Shown here: positions 15,654-31,151 of the stretch, one piece after another
Numbering within the stretch: the first letter of the stretch is position 1
How the letters are laid out: every line of letters begins with the position of its first letter
Origin: Octopus vulgaris
Lineage: Eukaryota
Direction of reading: 5' to 3'
Assembly: GCA_951406725.2 (NCBI GenBank)
Contig: OX597819.1
Location: forward strand, 130,820,001 to 130,884,000
DNA: 64,000 bases
Translations under genes and position numbers: made by a program
Notes under the pieces: generated by a model
Seen by the model: only the letters and a program-made list of their open reading frames with translations
Database searches by the model: none
Told to the model about the DNA's origin: nothing

Positions 15654-16021
15654 CTAGCACTATGATAGTGCTAGTGCATGCATATACAGTGCTAGTGCAT
15701 GCATATACAGCTGCGTGCGTGCGCACATACACGCGAGTACTGTCAAAATCTCCGACCAGTCACATACAGCTCGCTGGCATTCAATTGGTGTATCAAGTTT
15801 CGGGCATTTTGATTGGGTTTTGGATAGAACATTCACAAAAAAAGTCACTTCTATTGAGTTTTTAATGGCTTTGCGGGGTGACTGGGGAAATATAAAGATG
15901 TGCACGACCACCCTTGGACGGTTTTGAATGACCATAGAAAGTGCGAGCCCTCTAACTGAAAAATTGTGGATTTGTATAAAGGACACACACACAGACATTT
16001 TGCCGTTTATATATATAGAGA
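15654..16021 (-). mobile_element. non-autonomous Helitron-like element
   Basis: Minus strand starts A|TCTCTATATATATAAACGG and ends in a hairpin and CTAG|T. Confidence 0.6.
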
Positions 16022-16389
16022 TAAGATGTTCAGTTCTGGCGCTTTCGTAGCATAACGTTGGTGTTAATTTATCAATACTTGCAATGTTCTGCTTTATGAG
16101 GGTTTCGATGTGTTCATCAACTCTAGAATGCATTATGAATGCAATGTGCATGATTTGTGTGTCTCTAATAGACGTGGTATCTTTTGTATCTTCGTGTGTT
16201 TGCGTTAGTCTATTTGCTTGAATACTCGTTGTTGACTAATGTTAATTCATTCGGAACATATCTTTATCTCATGCCTCGTTTGTTGAAGAGAAAACTAAAT
16301 ACACATTTAAGAAAAGATGTTAGCATACATACAGAGAATCTGTACAGATTCTCTGACACCATATACAAATCTTGATAGATAGATAGATC

Positions 16390-16466
<77 letters not shown>

Positions 16467-16527
16467 AAAAGCAGACCGGCAGATAGTTAGACAGATAAAA
16501 AACAGACAGACAGACAGACAGACAGAC

Positions 16528-16613
<86 letters not shown>

Positions 16614-16649
16614 AAAAGCAGACCGACAGATAGTTAGACAGATAAAAAA

Positions 16650-16753
<104 letters not shown>

Positions 16754-16944
16754 GGGCAGGCTTGGCTGTTTTGAAACCATGTAGAATTGAGTTCAGTCCC
16801 ATCAGCCCCTTTGCGTGGTACCTTCGGTAAGTGTCTTTCGCTCTAGATCTAGGCCGATGAATGCCATGTGAATGGGGAGTGAGTTTGGTGGACGGAAACT
16901 GTGTCCAAGTACGTCGTGTGTGTGTGTGAGTTTGTAGAAGCGTG

Positions 16945-17405
16945 CAGTCGAGTTGTTTGGGTGTTAGACTCATGTTCGCAAGATTGTCGTTTCAATTCCT
17001 AGACGAGGCAATTGTGTTCTTGAGTAAACCACTTCATTTTACGTTGCTCCAGTTCACCCAGCTAGTAATGATGAGTAATCCTGCGACAGACTGGCGTCCC
17101 TTCCACGGTGTAAATACATAAACGCCACGGAAACCGGGAAACTGGCTCTAACGAGTCCATAGAGCTCGAGAAGGATATTTTAACCTTATTATAAATATAA
17201 ATTTAAAATAAAATGTTTCCTTCTCGAACCATGCCTGGCTCATAAGGGCCGTTTTCCCGGTTTCAGTAATGTATATATTCCCCGACTGAACAGGACGCCC
17301 ATCAGTAACAGGATTAGCCATTTTTGCCAGCTGAGTGGACTGGAGCAACGTGAAATGATGTGTTTTGCTCAGGAACACAACGCATCGCCCGTTCCAAGAA
17401 TCGAA
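16945..17405. mobile_element. two opposite-orientation copies of a further SINE (family D); related copy at ~42375-42675
   Basis: Shared TTCACGTTGCTCCAGT.CAC.CAGCT core at ~17040 (+), ~17330-17350 (-), ~42475 (+). Confidence 0.6.
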
Positions 17406-17629
17406 ATATATAAATATATATTCTCTTTTGCTTGTTTCAGTCATTTGACTGTGGCCATGCTGGAGCACCGCCTTTAGTCGAGCAAATCGACCCCAGGACT
17501 TATTCTTTGTAAGCCTAGTACTTATTCTATCGGTTTCATTTACCGAACTGCTAAGTTTCGGAGACGTAAACACACCAGCATCGGTTGTCAAGCGATGTTG
17601 GGGGGACAAACACAGACACACAAACATAT

Positions 17630-17765
<136 letters not shown>

Positions 17766-17867
17766 TTATGTATATATGTGTGTATATATATATATACATA
17801 TATATATATACATATATATATACATATATATACATACATATATATATATATACATATATATACATAC

Positions 17868-17926
<59 letters not shown>

Positions 17927-18019
17927 TATATATACATACATATATATATATATATATACATATATATACATACATATGTATATATATATATATATATATA
18001 CATATATATACATACATAT

Positions 18020-18088
<69 letters not shown>

Positions 18089-18274
18089 CATACATATGTA
18101 TATAAATAATAGTTATCGCCATACTAATATGGCATTCTTATAAAAATAAGAAAAAAGCTGTCCGCTTATTAGCTCCATGAGGCCATCGCCTTAAGTTAGC
18201 TATTTGATACACAAACTGTATCCATATAACCTTCGAACAAGGGAGGTCAGTCGCTCCACACTACTTGACCGGCA

Positions 18275-18316
18275 GCTACAGACGCGTTTCAGGGTATTGC
18301 CCCTTTTCAATGCAGC
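18275..18316 (-). ncRNA. mirror copy of the U3-A8 hammerhead at 18659-18700
   Basis: Reverse complement of 18659-18700. Confidence 0.75.
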
Positions 18317-18658
18317 GTAGCCAGCCAGTAGGTGTCGCTTCCGACAATCTCTGTTCGATGGTTTTATTTACCTAGTTTCGGTGGAATACATCCACTTGTT
18401 TTCAATAATAGAAATATTAAAATAACTAAGTCTCTCTAAAAGAGAACAGCGGCAGCGTTCCCGGAAAATAATAGTTATCGCCATACTAATATGGCATTCT
18501 TATAAAAATAAGAAAAAAGCTGTCCGCTTATTAGCTCCATTATTATTAGTTATTTTAATATTTCTATTATTGAAAACAAGTGGATGTATTCCACCGAAAC
18601 TAGGTAAATAAAACCATCGAACAGAGATTGTCGGAAGCGACACCTACTGGCTGGCTAC

Positions 18659-18700
18659 GCTGCATTGAAAAGGGGCAATACCCTGAAACGCGTCTGTAGC
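18659..18700 (+). ncRNA. type I hammerhead ribozyme, U3-A8 core variant
   Basis: GCTGCA-TTGAAAA-GGGG caata CCCT-GAAA-CGCG-TC-TGTAGC: stems I and II pair, palindromic stem III, GUC site. Confidence 0.75.
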
Positions 18701-18953
18701 TGCCGGTCAAGTAATGTGGAGCGACTGACCTCCCTTGTTCGAAGGTTATATGGATACAGTTTGTGTATCAAATAGCTAACTTAAGGCGATGGCCTCATGG
18801 AGCTAATAAGCGGACAGCTTTTTTCTTATTTTTATAAGAATGCCATATTAGTATGGCGATAACTATTATTTTCCGGGAACGCTGCCGCTGTTCTCTTTTA
18901 GAGAGACTTAGTTATTTTAATATTTCTATCATATGTATATATATATATATATA

Positions 18954-20381
<1,428 letters not shown>

Positions 20382-20596
20382 ATAGTTTAGCTCTTATAGG
20401 GTTTGAAACCAGGGAGGTTCAATTTAATTTACTTTAATTTAATACACCCATTATTTTTTTACTGCTTTATATAAAATAAAATTTTTTACTGCTTTAATTC
20501 TTTCTTCTGGGCTCGTCTGAGTATGACTGCTTCAATAAGAAAACACACAATATTGTGTTCAGCCTGCTACGCGATGATGTCTGTCTCTCTATTTTT

Positions 20597-20678
20597 TTCC
20601 CCTGACGAAGGAGTTATTAGCGTGATGCACCCTAGTGCTTTAAACGCAATAATATACCCCTGAAATGGCCATAGGGAA
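20597..20678 (+). ncRNA. type I hammerhead ribozyme in the PLE 3' region
   Basis: TTCCC-CTGACGA-AGG...CCT-GAAA-TGGCCA-TA-GGGAA; canonical core, palindromic stem III. Confidence 0.85.
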
Positions 20679-21277
20679 TTTAGTAAATATGGTTTCCTCT
20701 TTTTTAACTATAAGGCCTCTCTTATTCGATAAGTAATTTTATAAGACTTTCTAAACGATGAACCTTTATTTTATTTTACATTATATATTATATATTTTTA
20801 TTTGCTTCCTATATTTATATATTTTTATATATTTTTATATACCTATATATTTATATATTACTTTATACTATATTTTTACGTTTTACCTTCTAGGTGTTGT
20901 AATGGTTTAAAAAAAATTTTTTTTTTTTTTTTTTCTTAATCGCTAAAGTATTAACTTTTAACCGTGATGAACTGTATTCACATATATTCAAGCATTTTTT
21001 CTCGCACTTTCTTATATGCTTGTACAGATGAATTACATCCCATCTTCCGTGATGTCTAAATGTATTTTCTATGATTAAATGTTCGAGTTATGAAATGTTA
21101 TTGGATGACCTTGCATTTGTTTGTTCTATAACTTTACTTTGATATTTTTGTCTCTTTCAATTGAGCACTTCTATAGCAGTCCTATTAAACATTTTGTTCC
21201 TGATAAGAAACAATCACTGTATTATTGATATATATACATATATATACATACATATGTAAATATATATATACATATAT

Positions 21278-21318
<41 letters not shown>

Positions 21319-21320
<2 letters not shown>

Positions 21321-21535
21321 GGAGTAAACACATAAATGTGAAACAAGGTGGAAAAAAGAGTACTCAAATACCAGTGGTAGAGTAATATGCTTTATTTTAA
21401 GCAGCAGAAAATTCAACAAAATCTGTTACTCTGAGTTTCTCGTTGCCGTTCATCAGACAGTTTAACTGTCTGATGAACGGCAACGAGAAACTCAGAGTAA
21501 CAGATTTTGTTGAATTTTCTGCTGCTTAAAATAAA

Positions 21536-21537
<2 letters not shown>
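21319..21537. mobile_element. short foldback PLE-like insertion in (TA)n with mirrored hammerhead motif
   Basis: Perfect 73-bp arms (21390-21536) around 21463; CTGT-CTGATGA-ACGGCAACGA-GAAA-CTCAGAG-TA-ACAG at 21466-21503. Confidence 0.75.
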
Positions 21538-21573
<36 letters not shown>

Positions 21574-21617
21574 GTATATATATATATATATACATATGTA
21601 TATATATATATACATAC

Positions 21618-21715
<98 letters not shown>

Positions 21716-21829
21716 GTATTGTAAATAAACAAACGACAGGTAAAAATCGTAACACAGAAGGGTCTCTAATTCTTCGTCAGTTATCAGCCAGCTGGTGCTA
21801 CTCAGTTTCGCACTGATAATATATATTAA

Positions 21830-22720
21830 TACGTGATTGAAAAGTAAGTCCCTATTTTAAAATATTTATAATTTATTAACTATAATTTTTTCTCAAAGCT
21901 GTGTATGTTCTTTTATATATGGGAATTGATCTTATGTTGTTTTTTTTTTTCGGATCGATTATTTTGTTTGAAATTTAGAAGCACTACAAACATGGTCTGA
22001 TCTCTTTAAAAATATCCTCTGGAGTGATGAAGGTATTCCACATCGGTGGGTTTGTGAACCGTCACAACTGCCACTTCTGGGCTGGAGAAGATCTTCGAAT
22101 TACCTCGGAAAAAAAATGCAAAATCGACCCAAGTTAACGGTATGGTGTAGAATGACTTCGAACCTGATTGTTGGTCCTCTCCTCCTTCGCAATACCATGA
22201 ATGCTGAAAGGTGCTCCACCCTGCTGCGAGATTAAATCTGGCCAGTTATCAGTACTTGGGAGAATATGGAAGATTTGATTTTTATGCAAGATGGTGCTCC
22301 TCCACAATTTTGCTATTGTTGTTTGTGAATGGCTGAATGCCCACTTCCCTGGGAGATGGATGGGTCGTCGAAGCCCCGCATGATTGGCCGGCCAGAAGCC
22401 TTGATTTAAGACCCTGCGACTTTTTTCTTTGAGGATGGCTAAAGGAGTAAGTCTATTCTATCAAAACAACGACTTTGGAAGAACTTGAAGGGCGAATGCG
22501 ATAAGTTATGTCTTCCGTCCTACAAGAGTACCTGATGGAACCGGTTGATGCGGTTCCTGGGTGGCTTCAGAAGCTGGTGGCGAATGCTGGTACCTATATC
22601 GAATTTTAAATAAAGCTCCATGCTATACGCTTTCTTCATATATTCATATTTTCTAAAAATTGTAGTTAATAAATAAATCATAAGTATTTTAAAATAGGGA
22701 GTTACTTTTCAATCACTTTG
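21830..22720 (+). mobile_element. Tc1/IS630-superfamily transposon remnant, internally deleted
   Basis: ~60-bp TIRs (GTGATTGAAAAGTAAGTCCCTATTTTAAAATA); broken motifs WSDE, FMQDGAPP, WPARSLDLRPCDFFL. Confidence 0.85.
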
Positions 22721-23206
22721 TATATGTATGTATGTATGTATGTATATGTGTATGTATGCGTGTATGTATGTATGTATGTATGTATGTGTAATGTGTGTAT
22801 GTATGTATGTATGTATGCATGTATGTATGTATATATGTATGTATGTATGTATATGTGTATGTATGCGTGTATGTATGTATGTATGTATGTATGTATGTAT
22901 GTATGCATGTATGTATGAATGTATGTATGTATGTGTGTATGTGTGTATGTGTGTATGTGTGTATGTGTGTATGTGTGTATGTATGTACCCACATACTACG
23001 AGAGAATACAAAATGCCTGGAGAAACTCAGTATATTTCGGAGGATATCTTTTACACTAACACTTGAGGAAACACAGACTGCACTGATTAGTGCAACGCAA
23101 CTAGGTGCACAATATTCCACCCGTAAGGGACAGCTGCAGGTTGGGTCGAAACGATCGTTGCGTTGAATAAAGATCCGTACCAAATACATTATCTAGTTCC
23201 CTCATC

Positions 23207-23251
<45 letters not shown>

Positions 23252-23349
23252 AACATATCAAAGGGAAATGGAAAATTAATTAAAATTAATTAAAACGGGA
23301 AGCATATAGTTTGATTGCCTCGTTGTTTATATATTTAACCCATGGTGTA

Positions 23350-23430
23350 CCTGTTGAGGACGATTTCACCTCGTGAGCAAATATTATTTATTTGCTTACT
23401 AAACTAAAATCAGAAACCAATTGGTCCAGG
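23350..23430 (+). ncRNA. hammerhead motif (C3 replaced by T) in a ~320-bp insertion between (TA)n tracts
   Basis: CCTG-TTGAGGA-cGATTT...AAATCa-GAAA-CCAATTGG-TC-CAGG. Confidence 0.6.
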
Positions 23431-24231
23431 AAACCTGATGGTAAAATGTTTTTATTTTTTCATTTCGTTCCTGTCGAATTTTATCCCTAATTTTTGTGGT
23501 TATAGAACCTAGCTGTTCTTTCTAACGTGTTTAATTCCACGAGTGGATTCCTTATGTGCTTAAATGTACACTATATATATATATATATCAACAGGGCAAA
23601 TTAAACAGCCTTAGTCGATTGTCGAACCCTATTGGTTTCTGATTTAAAGGTGTCTCGTTCAGTTTTTCAGAGATGTCTACATCAATTCTGATGGATTAAT
23701 TGTGGCTTAGAGCCAACGGATCTTTGACTGAAGACATTCCGACTGTGACCATTTTATGTGGAATCTAGGATCACATTATTCAATATTTCTTTATTTAAAT
23801 CTGGTTTTCATCATTTCTTTCCTATGGACCCCTCTGATCCCTATTTTATTCTTCTGGACTTCCAGAGCCATTCACTGTATATAAAAAGAATCTTGCTGTA
23901 TCTTAATGATCAAATATTTTTAGGAATCGAATAACAAAAAAATTTTAATATTTTGTGGGTTGTACAAGTATAAGGAATTTATTGCACATAAATTTTAACA
24001 ATAAAATCTTATATGGACCTCCTAAGGGCCAAATGGACCTCGGCTGAGAACCACTGATAGGGTGTGATTTTAAGGAAATTAAGGTGCTATTGGTAGCAAG
24101 TCGACTAGTAGAGGTGATTCTGACAGTTGTGCTTTTGTAATGACAGCTAAAGTTGTGATGTAGTGATGGTCATGGCGGAGTGAATGTTTGTGTTCATATG
24201 TGGGTATAAGTGAGTGCGTATACAATGTGCG

Positions 24232-24286
<55 letters not shown>

Positions 24287-25070
24287 CCATGCATGGTATG
24301 GGTAGAAGGAAGCTAGAAGAGCCTTCAACAAGAAAACACTTATCGTATCATTCGCTTGATCGGCGCCGGTCAATAGAGATTGCATAGCCTAAAAACATCA
24401 ACTGATGTGTGACTGCAGTGTGACGGAAGAGAGTGAGAGGAAGAAGCCGTTAAGTGGCTTGGAGAGAGAGGGGTGGGCTAGAATGAGTGGTGGGGAGAGA
24501 GGAGAGGTTTAAACGACAAGCAATCCAGCTGACAGGCAGCGAGGCACTCTGATAGGTTGAGCGACAGGCGGAGAGGATGATTGTCTGAGAGTCCAGCTCA
24601 CAAGCAAAGCCAGCGAGATAATTTAATTAATATTAATATATTTGATGCAATGAGGAATCAATTAAAAACCAACTAGGTATAAATATGTAATGAGAAAAAA
24701 AAACGTACGATACAACAACTAATATTTTCTTTATTTAGTGAAAAGGTATTACGTGAGACAACTCTGGACATGTTCGCATTTTATTCTGATCTCATCAATG
24801 AAGCGCAGCGTCCGTTGTGCTTTCTGAAGTAATGACGGAAGAAGCGCGGACAAACAGACATACTAAACGATAAACCAATACGTCGGTTGATTAACGACAC
24901 AGCCAGATTTTCTCTCCCTCTCTCCCCATCTCTTTTTTCTTTCTCTTTCTTTCTCTCTCACTTACATACACAAGCTGATGGACAGACAATTAGATTGTCC
25001 TACAGAGAGTCAAAGAAAAACATTGATTAGTTTGATGATTGGAAGACAATCTAACATGGTGAATTAAGTT

Positions 25071-25322
25071 CGGGGCCGGTTTTAAGCCAATTGGACAGAT
25101 TTGTTCAAATTGGGCCCCGCACACACACGCTCGAGCGGAGAACGTATGGTGAACTTTTAGTATATCATCGTGGCTAACGGTAGAGTTTCAAGCCTTCAAC
25201 GATTTCTGGCTGGGACTGGCGCAATACACGATGCATAAACACCAGTCTTCAGCTTTTGTAGAGTAGAGGGCCCCACTAACAATTCTCGTATTTGGGCCCC
25301 GCACTTTCTAGCACCGGCCCTG
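25071..25322. mobile_element. hAT-type MITE
   Basis: TIRs CGGGGCCGG / CCGGCCCTG; near-perfect 8-bp TSD ATTAAGTT / ATTAAGAT. Confidence 0.7.
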
Positions 25323-25709
25323 ATTAAGATATTGTGCCACTATGTGCACTATGTGTTTATTCCCAAACCATCTGTAACTCCCCATTCATTCTATGATAAA
25401 GCAGTTACAGTCCAATTAGACTTTGCCGAAAAGTTCTAATGACTCAGAAATATGCCTGGTAGAGTCACCACACTTTAATTTATTAATCAGAAGGGAAGGA
25501 GGTGTCCGTGACTTGTTACAGGGCCTCCGATACTTGTTAGTAGAAGGGAGGAAGGAAAGTATGCGCAAACCAGAAAACCGCTCAAATGCTTGCAACAGTG
25601 TGGACTCTGATAAAAACACACAGTGTTAATTCATTGTTGCTGAGCCTCTGAGTTCAAGTAGAACCCACTTTGGAATGACTGATCCCATATATGGAATGAC
25701 TCTATGCTA

Positions 25710-26431
25710 CTACACACACATACATACATACATACATACATACATACATACATACATGCATGCATACATATACACACACATACATACATGCATACATACA
25801 TGCATGTATACATGCAAGCATACATACATACATACATACATGCATGCATACATACATACATACACACACACATACATACATACATGCATACATACATACA
25901 CATACATACATATATACACACACACGCACACATACATACATACACACACACACACACATACATACATACACACACGCACACATATATACATACATACATA
26001 CATACATGCATACATGCATACATACATGCATACATACATGCATACATAACATACATACCACATGCATACATACATACACACACACATACATACATACATA
26101 CACACACACATACATACATACATACACACAAGCACACATACATACATACATGCATACATACATACATGCATACATACATGCATACATGCATGCATGCATA
26201 CATACACACACACACATACATACATACACACACGCATACATATATACACACACACACATACATATATACACACACGCATACATACATACACACACGCACA
26301 CATATATACACACACGCATACATACATACATACATACACACATACATACATACATACATACATACATACATACATACATACATACATACATACATACATA
26401 CACACAAATATACATACACACACACATACAT
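25710..26431. repeat. (CATA)n-based compound microsatellite
   Basis: Direct reading. Confidence 0.95.
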
Positions 26432-26912
26432 CCTAGAAAACGACGTGGTTGATTCGTAAAGCTTCAACATCCAACTTACAACTCGTTGTTCCTTCTCTTT
26501 GTCTCTTCCATCCCGATTATAACCGTTGCCTTCCTCATTCTGAACTGCCTACCTTCATACCTTCTCCATCCATGACCATTTCCCTGACTGGTTAAGAATC
26601 AGTTAACAACACATTCCAGCACCTAACAACGCGCTGTTTCTTACTGCATCTTTGAATGCTGTTACAACGGTAACTTCTGCTCTCCGGAACTAGCTACATA
26701 TCCCTTCAGTCTACATCCACTTCACTTGATCTGTCTAACTCTCCTCTTCACCCTCCTCCTTCCCTTTTGCTCCTCTAAATCTTTTTTGTCTCGACTACCA
26801 GACCCCTCACAATATACTTCTTCCTGTCCTTCTTCAAAGATCCCTCCCAGTTAGGTTGCGTTATTCTCGCCGAAGACATCGACGTGTAGATGCCTACGTT
26901 GAACACCAACTG

Positions 26913-27170
26913 CACGAGGCTCCAGCAAGGGCTGGGGTGGCGACCCCTGTTGTACTCTTTCGCCCCAACTTTCTCTCACTCTTTCTTCCTGTTTCTTGTC
27001 CCCGACTTCCTACGCAACCGCTGAGCCTTGATGCGCATTCATCCATCCGTCGATGCTCTCGGTGTCGGGGGTTGACCTGCTTTCCCTTCTGCGGGTCTTA
27101 CGAATAGCAAAGGACCACATTTCGGACTTCTCCCATCTTGCGAGCTCTGGGACGAAGACCGCTTCGCTCA
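26913..27170 (+). mobile_element. SINE family C, 5'-truncated
   Basis: Reverse complement of part of 3323-3704. Confidence 0.8.
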
Positions 27171-27755
27171 AAAGCAACAGCAACAACAACACCAACTGCA
27201 TCAGAGTTCACTCTGTTGCAATCATTCAAACCAAGTTTATTGTCTGAGATAACTTCCTGCTCCTCCCTTCCCCTCATCAGTTATGGCGGGCTTCATAAAA
27301 ACATGATCTCTACCCAACTTCCTCTGGGTTTGCCAGGTAAAAGTAAAAATATAAAATGATGTAATTCAAAACAAATAAAGCAATAAATAACAGCGTGAAA
27401 ATACTGGGGTAAAAAGCCCCTGGGATAGCTGCAGTTGTATGCTGTGCATGAGGCCCGAACCTGCATCTCCTGTGAACAGACACGTGTTTTCATATTGGTC
27501 ACCAATCCTCCAAATTTCTCTATTTACTCCTACCTGTGCAATTTGTACGTTGAATGACTGCGTAGACTCACCTGCGTAATGCGTTTCGGTGCACTGTTTG
27601 GGGGTTTTCTTAGGGTTTGTTTTTGCTCATTTTCTGGACCTTCTTGTTGTTGGGCGGATCGCTGTTTTGCTTGTTGTTTTTTTTTTCTATGGCGTATCCT
27701 GAATGTTTAAGCTATGAAAATAGATTATAAGATATAAACAGAAATGGAAACTTCG

Positions 27756-27851
<96 letters not shown>

Positions 27852-29469
27852 GGTGCACGAAAGACAGAGAGATAGGAAGGAGAGAGAAAGATTGGAAAGA
27901 GAGAAAATATAAAACCACAGTCTGAGGAGACTATTGGTGGTCTTTGTCAACAAAAGTCATTTAGTAAAGATCACAAGTTTGGGTAAACTGGTGTGCCGCG
28001 GGGCAATGAAAATTCTGTTTCAAACAAACACCAGAGAGACAGAAAGAGAGAGACAGAGATTAATGTTTACGATAGCAATGAGCAAATAAGTTTGAAGAGG
28101 GTAGACAAACAGACAGACGGACAGAAAGAGAGTGAAAAGGTCGTTGTGACATAGAATAATAGGAAATGTGAAGACTTAAGATTTGCCAGAAGTTTGACGA
28201 GGAAAGGCTCAGAGATAGAGAAGTGGAGAGAAAGGGACACAGAGATGGGCAGAGGAGAATATGATAGCAAAGACTAACCGATAGATTTAGTAACATTTGA
28301 TATCGACTGTTAGAAGACATCGTGACGTCAAATGTAATGAAATGTGAATCGGTCGCAATTAGCTAAAAGTCCACAAAAGCGAGATTCATAAAGAAGGAAG
28401 GGGAGGAAGAGGAAGAGGCGTGTTTGATTTGACTAATGACTTAAAGGCAGAGTTTGTAAATGAGCAGATTATTTCAAATGATAGACAATATGCTAACGTC
28501 ATATTCTCTGAAAGCTTCACATTAGCTAAGAGATACTACTGAGGTGAGGCTTGGGGATAGGAAGAAGGGTGAAGATTGTTATGACGAAAAGACTGACAGA
28601 CAGTTAGTTGACACGGTTTTCACTGAATCCGTATACGGACATAAAATCTTATGAAAAATGAAAGCTTCACATAAGCCAGGCTCTTAGAGAAAAGAGAGAG
28701 ACGTATAGAAAGAGATAGAAAGTGTAGAAAAGCGTATAGAAAGAGACGTACAGAGAGAGACGTATAGAGAGAGTGTGGTGTGGGGAAGGGGAGGATTTGT
28801 TGTAATGATTAAAGACTTACCGACGGATGTAATAACGTGCTTGACTGACTGGTCTCTAACACATGGTACAAAGTGTCAAAATTGTGGGGTGGACACAATC
28901 TATGAAATATCGTCCCCAGTGTATGAGTTATTTCTCCGACCTGTAGATGCGCCGCAGTATGGCGTAATAAGGTCGTTTTACAACCCCGAGATAGCCTATA
29001 TAGCCTCGGTCGACTAATACCTTGCGAGTGAAAGTGTGAAACTCTATAAAAAAAAATAGGAAACTGTATAGAAGATGGAAACTAAACAGAAACATTTTAG
29101 AAAACGGAAGTTCTATGGAAGACGGAAGCTATATAACAAACAGGAAGAGTATAGAAGACGGAAGCTCTACAGAATACGGAAAGGGTATAGAAAATGGAAG
29201 CTGTTTAAAAGACTATCAGATGAATTGTACCCGTACTTCAAAGGTACAAGCATGTCACACAACGTGTCACGTTAAGGGTCCATATATTTGTGGAATATTT
29301 AACCCCATACAAGAAATGTTTTTCAATAAGTAATTCAGTTCATCAAAGAACTGAATACTCATCATCGAAACTGGCAAAGACCCAGCTCATCCATTTCTTT
29401 GAGCACAGAATGACTGAGTAACTGAGGCACATGTTTTCGACAACAAGCGGGGGGGGGTATTTCATCAGC

Positions 29470-29534
<65 letters not shown>

Positions 29535-29770
29535 GTGCGTGTGTCTTTTAAAGAGTGACAAACAGGTAAAAGTGATTGAGAGAAACAAAGAAAGTCAGTA
29601 AGATGGTCGGTAAAAAGGCGAACACGCAAGACTGCGGCGGAGCAATTGTAATTGCAAGCGCGCAAGAGAGACAGACAGAAGACAGATACAGTGATAGTGA
29701 CAGAGAAAGAGTAAGAGAGAAACAGATGAACGGAGAGAGAGACAGAGAGAGAGAGTGCGTGTGTTCGTGT

Positions 29771-29809
<39 letters not shown>

Positions 29810-30200
29810 CTTGCGTGTGTATGTGCGTGTATGAGTGTGTATGTGGTAAAGACAGACAGGTAGAGAAATGGCGGAGACAATTATGAAGATATATAAAGAG
29901 AGAGGGTCATGAAGAGAAAGAGAGAGGAGAGGAAAGGGGGGTGAAGGGAGGATAGGGAAGAGGAGAGAGAAGGAAGCGAGAAAGAGGGAAGGGAAGGGAG
30001 AGCGAGACTGAATTCAACATTGTATGAAAGTGCATGTGTGTGTGTGTGTGCGTGCGTGTGTGTACGTGTGTGTGTGTGAATGTATTTGTGTGCGCGTGTA
30101 CGCGCGTATACATTTGAGGGAAACATAAGGTAATCGCAGAAGGCACACGACCACTAAAATTGTTAACTTGTTTACGCGTCTGACTCTGCGTGTATATGCA

Positions 30201-30237
<37 letters not shown>

Positions 30238-30329
30238 AGACAGGTAGAGAGACAGAGAGAGCCACAGAAGAAAGGAAGAGAGACTGATAGAAAGACGAAA
30301 AACGGATAGACAGACAGATAGACAGATAT

Positions 30330-30489
<160 letters not shown>

Positions 30490-31151
30490 GAAAAGGGATT
30501 TATCAGTAGGTTAGTAAAAGAAGTAGGAAACGTGAAAGGTAGAGGGGAATACTGAAAGCAGAAGAGGGCGGAGACGGAACGGAAACGAGTGAAAGTGAAA
30601 ATAGAACTGAGAAGGAAGGGGAATTAGAAAAGAAAGAGGAAGAATGAAAGAGAGAGGGAAAGGCGTAAGAAGGAACAACTATTAACAGCAAAACGGGGAT
30701 GGGAAGGTAATAAACACAGCATTGTAAGTGCGCACATGCATGACATGAGGCTGAGCGTGTGTGTATGTGGGCGTGTGAGTGCGTGTTCGTCTTTGTGCGT
30801 GTGTGCGTGCAGGCGTCGATGCCTGATGCCTCATCACCTCATTCGTGGGTCTGATCAGCGCTCAGTTCAGCAGAGTTAAATGGTTTTTAACCTTGCCGAC
30901 CTGCTCCATTCAATCGTTTAGTATTCAATGAACGAGAGGCGGTTAAGTGAGGAGCAGATGGCGGAGATCGCTACAGAATGTACAGGGAAAGTGTGAAGTT
31001 ATCTGCTCCCTGTATACGTACGTACATACATACATACATACATACATACATACATACATACATACATACATACATACATACATACATACATACATGCATA
31101 CATACACACATACATACATGCATACATACATACATACATACATATGTATAT

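Larger units (their letters stand above)
18105..18929. mobile_element. hammerhead-bearing non-coding element: two inverted, circularly permuted arms of a 362-bp unit in (TA)n
   Basis: AGTTATCG recurs at 18111 and 18473; TAGTTATTTTAATATTTCTAT recurs at 18547 and 18909 (both 362 apart); arms are reverse complements. Confidence 0.9.

Noticed and set aside
24755-24800. Minus-strand TTGATGAG...CGAACATGTC hammerhead-like motif
   Set aside because: Core incomplete and stems I/II do not pair
28775-29333. Short ORFs including a KR-rich repeat peptide
   Set aside because: Derived from a ~30-bp degenerate minisatellite and SINE remnant; no gene structure
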